A stretch of 64,000 nucleotides of DNA from Stegostoma tigrinum. Lineage: Eukaryota. A program made the translations under genes and the position numbers. Positions 63,065 through 64,000 of the stretch are shown here, piece after piece. The stretch lies in contig NC_081372.1 in NCBI RefSeq assembly GCF_030684315.1, positions 51,246,987 through 51,310,986 on the forward strand. Direction: 5' to 3'. Numbering within the stretch: position 1 is the stretch's first letter; each line of letters begins with the position of its first letter. The notes under the pieces are model-generated. The model searched no databases. It saw only the letters and a program-made list of their open reading frames with translations, and was not told the DNA's origin.

Positions 63065-63327
63065 TTATTGGGTCTTCTCCATCATCTTCACCCATTCTGT
63101 AGACAGAGGAAGGTATATGATTCTTTTAAATACTCAATACTAAACCAATATAGTATCACTAATGAATTTGTTTTTATTATTTGGACATACAACAAACATC
63201 AAGTTTCCCATCATTGTTCTTGTCCGATTGTTTCATGAATTCATGAATTTCCTCCTCTGCAAAATGTTTCCCAATAGCATTGATGACAACATTCAGCTCA
63301 TGACGATCGATGAAACCATCAGCATTG
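63065..63327 (-). pseudogene. TNNC2-like: U13: U5-type copy, exons 5-6 (unit cut by the window end)
   Basis: Exon 5 63327-63191 and exon 6 63096-63065 match U5 and U9. Confidence 0.83.
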
Positions 63328-64000
63328 CTGGAGTCAGCAAGAAAAGTATGAATGTCCCCAATCCAGTCAAGTTATCCTACTGACCAAAATAGAAGTTGCT
63401 GCATGAGAAAAGATCAGGTCCATCCTGAGCTTCAGAAACCTCAGGTCTAAAGTCATCTGTTCAATCCGAGAAAGCTACACTTCCCACACAATGTCTCAAA
63501 TTACTCAAGTCCTGAACAGAATAGTGTGCCCTCTACTCTGAATGCAATTTCAAAGAATTTGTCTTTATAAACTTCTATTACATTCAATCCATGCCTCGCT
63601 TCCCTTTAATTGGTATTGTAATCTTGAATACATTTTTGTTTCGACATTTTTGGTCATGGCAGTTTTTGTTTGAAGTATCTTCGGATGATTGTCTCTACTT
63701 ATGCCCTCCGTAGCTTTTTACATGGATCTGACAAGGGCGGCATTGTTGTCCATGCCGAATTGCTCTCGAATGGACTTGCTCGTTGAGTAATTCCAGAATG
63801 CAGTTACACATCAGACACAATTCTAGTGAACTGGAGACACTTTCAGACCAGAGAGGTAAGGATGGTGGATTGTCTTCCATAAAGGACTCAAGTGAATCAG
63901 AGAGGCTTTCACAATAATCAGTGGCAATTGTCACAGTCATCCTTAAGGTTATGCTACAGGTTTTTTGACTGAGATTTCTAATTCAACAGCTGACAGGATG

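Larger units (their letters stand above)
5188..64000 (-). repeat. Tandem array of 13 units (about 3.2-5.5 kb) carrying TNNC2-like exons 4-6 or remnants of them; runs off the right edge
   Basis: The same order of LINE fragment, V-SINE, 3'UTR, exon 6, exon 5, Deu-SINE, tRNA-SINE, exon 4 and exon A recurs. Exon 5 low coordinates are 5725, 10602, 16133, 21170, 26612, 29813, 34876, 39936, 45378, 48579, 52788, 57749 and 63191. Confidence 0.97.
53404..64000. repeat. Higher-order repeat copy 3 (partial)
   Basis: ORF translations are identical or nearly identical to copies 1 and 2, e.g. 57704..57925, 59588..59803, 61317..61703 and 63162..63383. Confidence 0.92.

Noticed and set aside
5188-64000. Calling the EF-hand exons calmodulin, parvalbumin or cardiac TNNC1
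   Set aside because: The KGKS linker, GTIDFEEFLV, RQM, GEHVT, the terminal VQ* and the exon sizes and phases fit fast skeletal TNNC2 best.
1-64000. CRISPR array or prokaryotic operon/defence system
   Set aside because: There is no short repeat-spacer pattern or dense ORF packing; spliceosomal introns and vertebrate retroelements are present throughout.

Overview
Eukaryotic (vertebrate) genomic DNA, most likely from a shark or other elasmobranch, as inferred from HE1/V-SINE-like, Deu-domain SacSINE1-like, CR1 and Penelope repeats. Bases 1-5187 are a patchwork of decayed retroelements: Penelope ends, an ERV integrase fragment and CR1 pieces. From about 5188 to the window end is a tandem array of 13 units of about 3.2-5.5 kb, all on the minus strand. 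Each unit carries the 3' half of a fast-skeletal troponin C (TNNC2)-like gene, with exons equivalent to TNNC2 exons 4, 5 and 6 (115, 137 and 32 coding nt, canonical phases). I found no equivalent of exons 1-3 (N-lobe, EF1) in any unit. Instead there is a conserved TATA box plus a novel ATG-initiated, hydrophobic, Cys-rich exon ('exon A') whose phase-1 donor fits exon 4. Copies U3 and U7 give a complete 151-aa chimeric ORF. U6 and U10 have intact exons 4-6 and a second candidate upstream exon. The other nine copies carry splice, frameshift or deletion lesions. U3-U13 form a 4-unit higher-order repeat (offsets 18,766 and 17,813 bp) with gene-conversion mosaics. All calls come from manual reading; no database search was run, and repeat boundaries are approximate.
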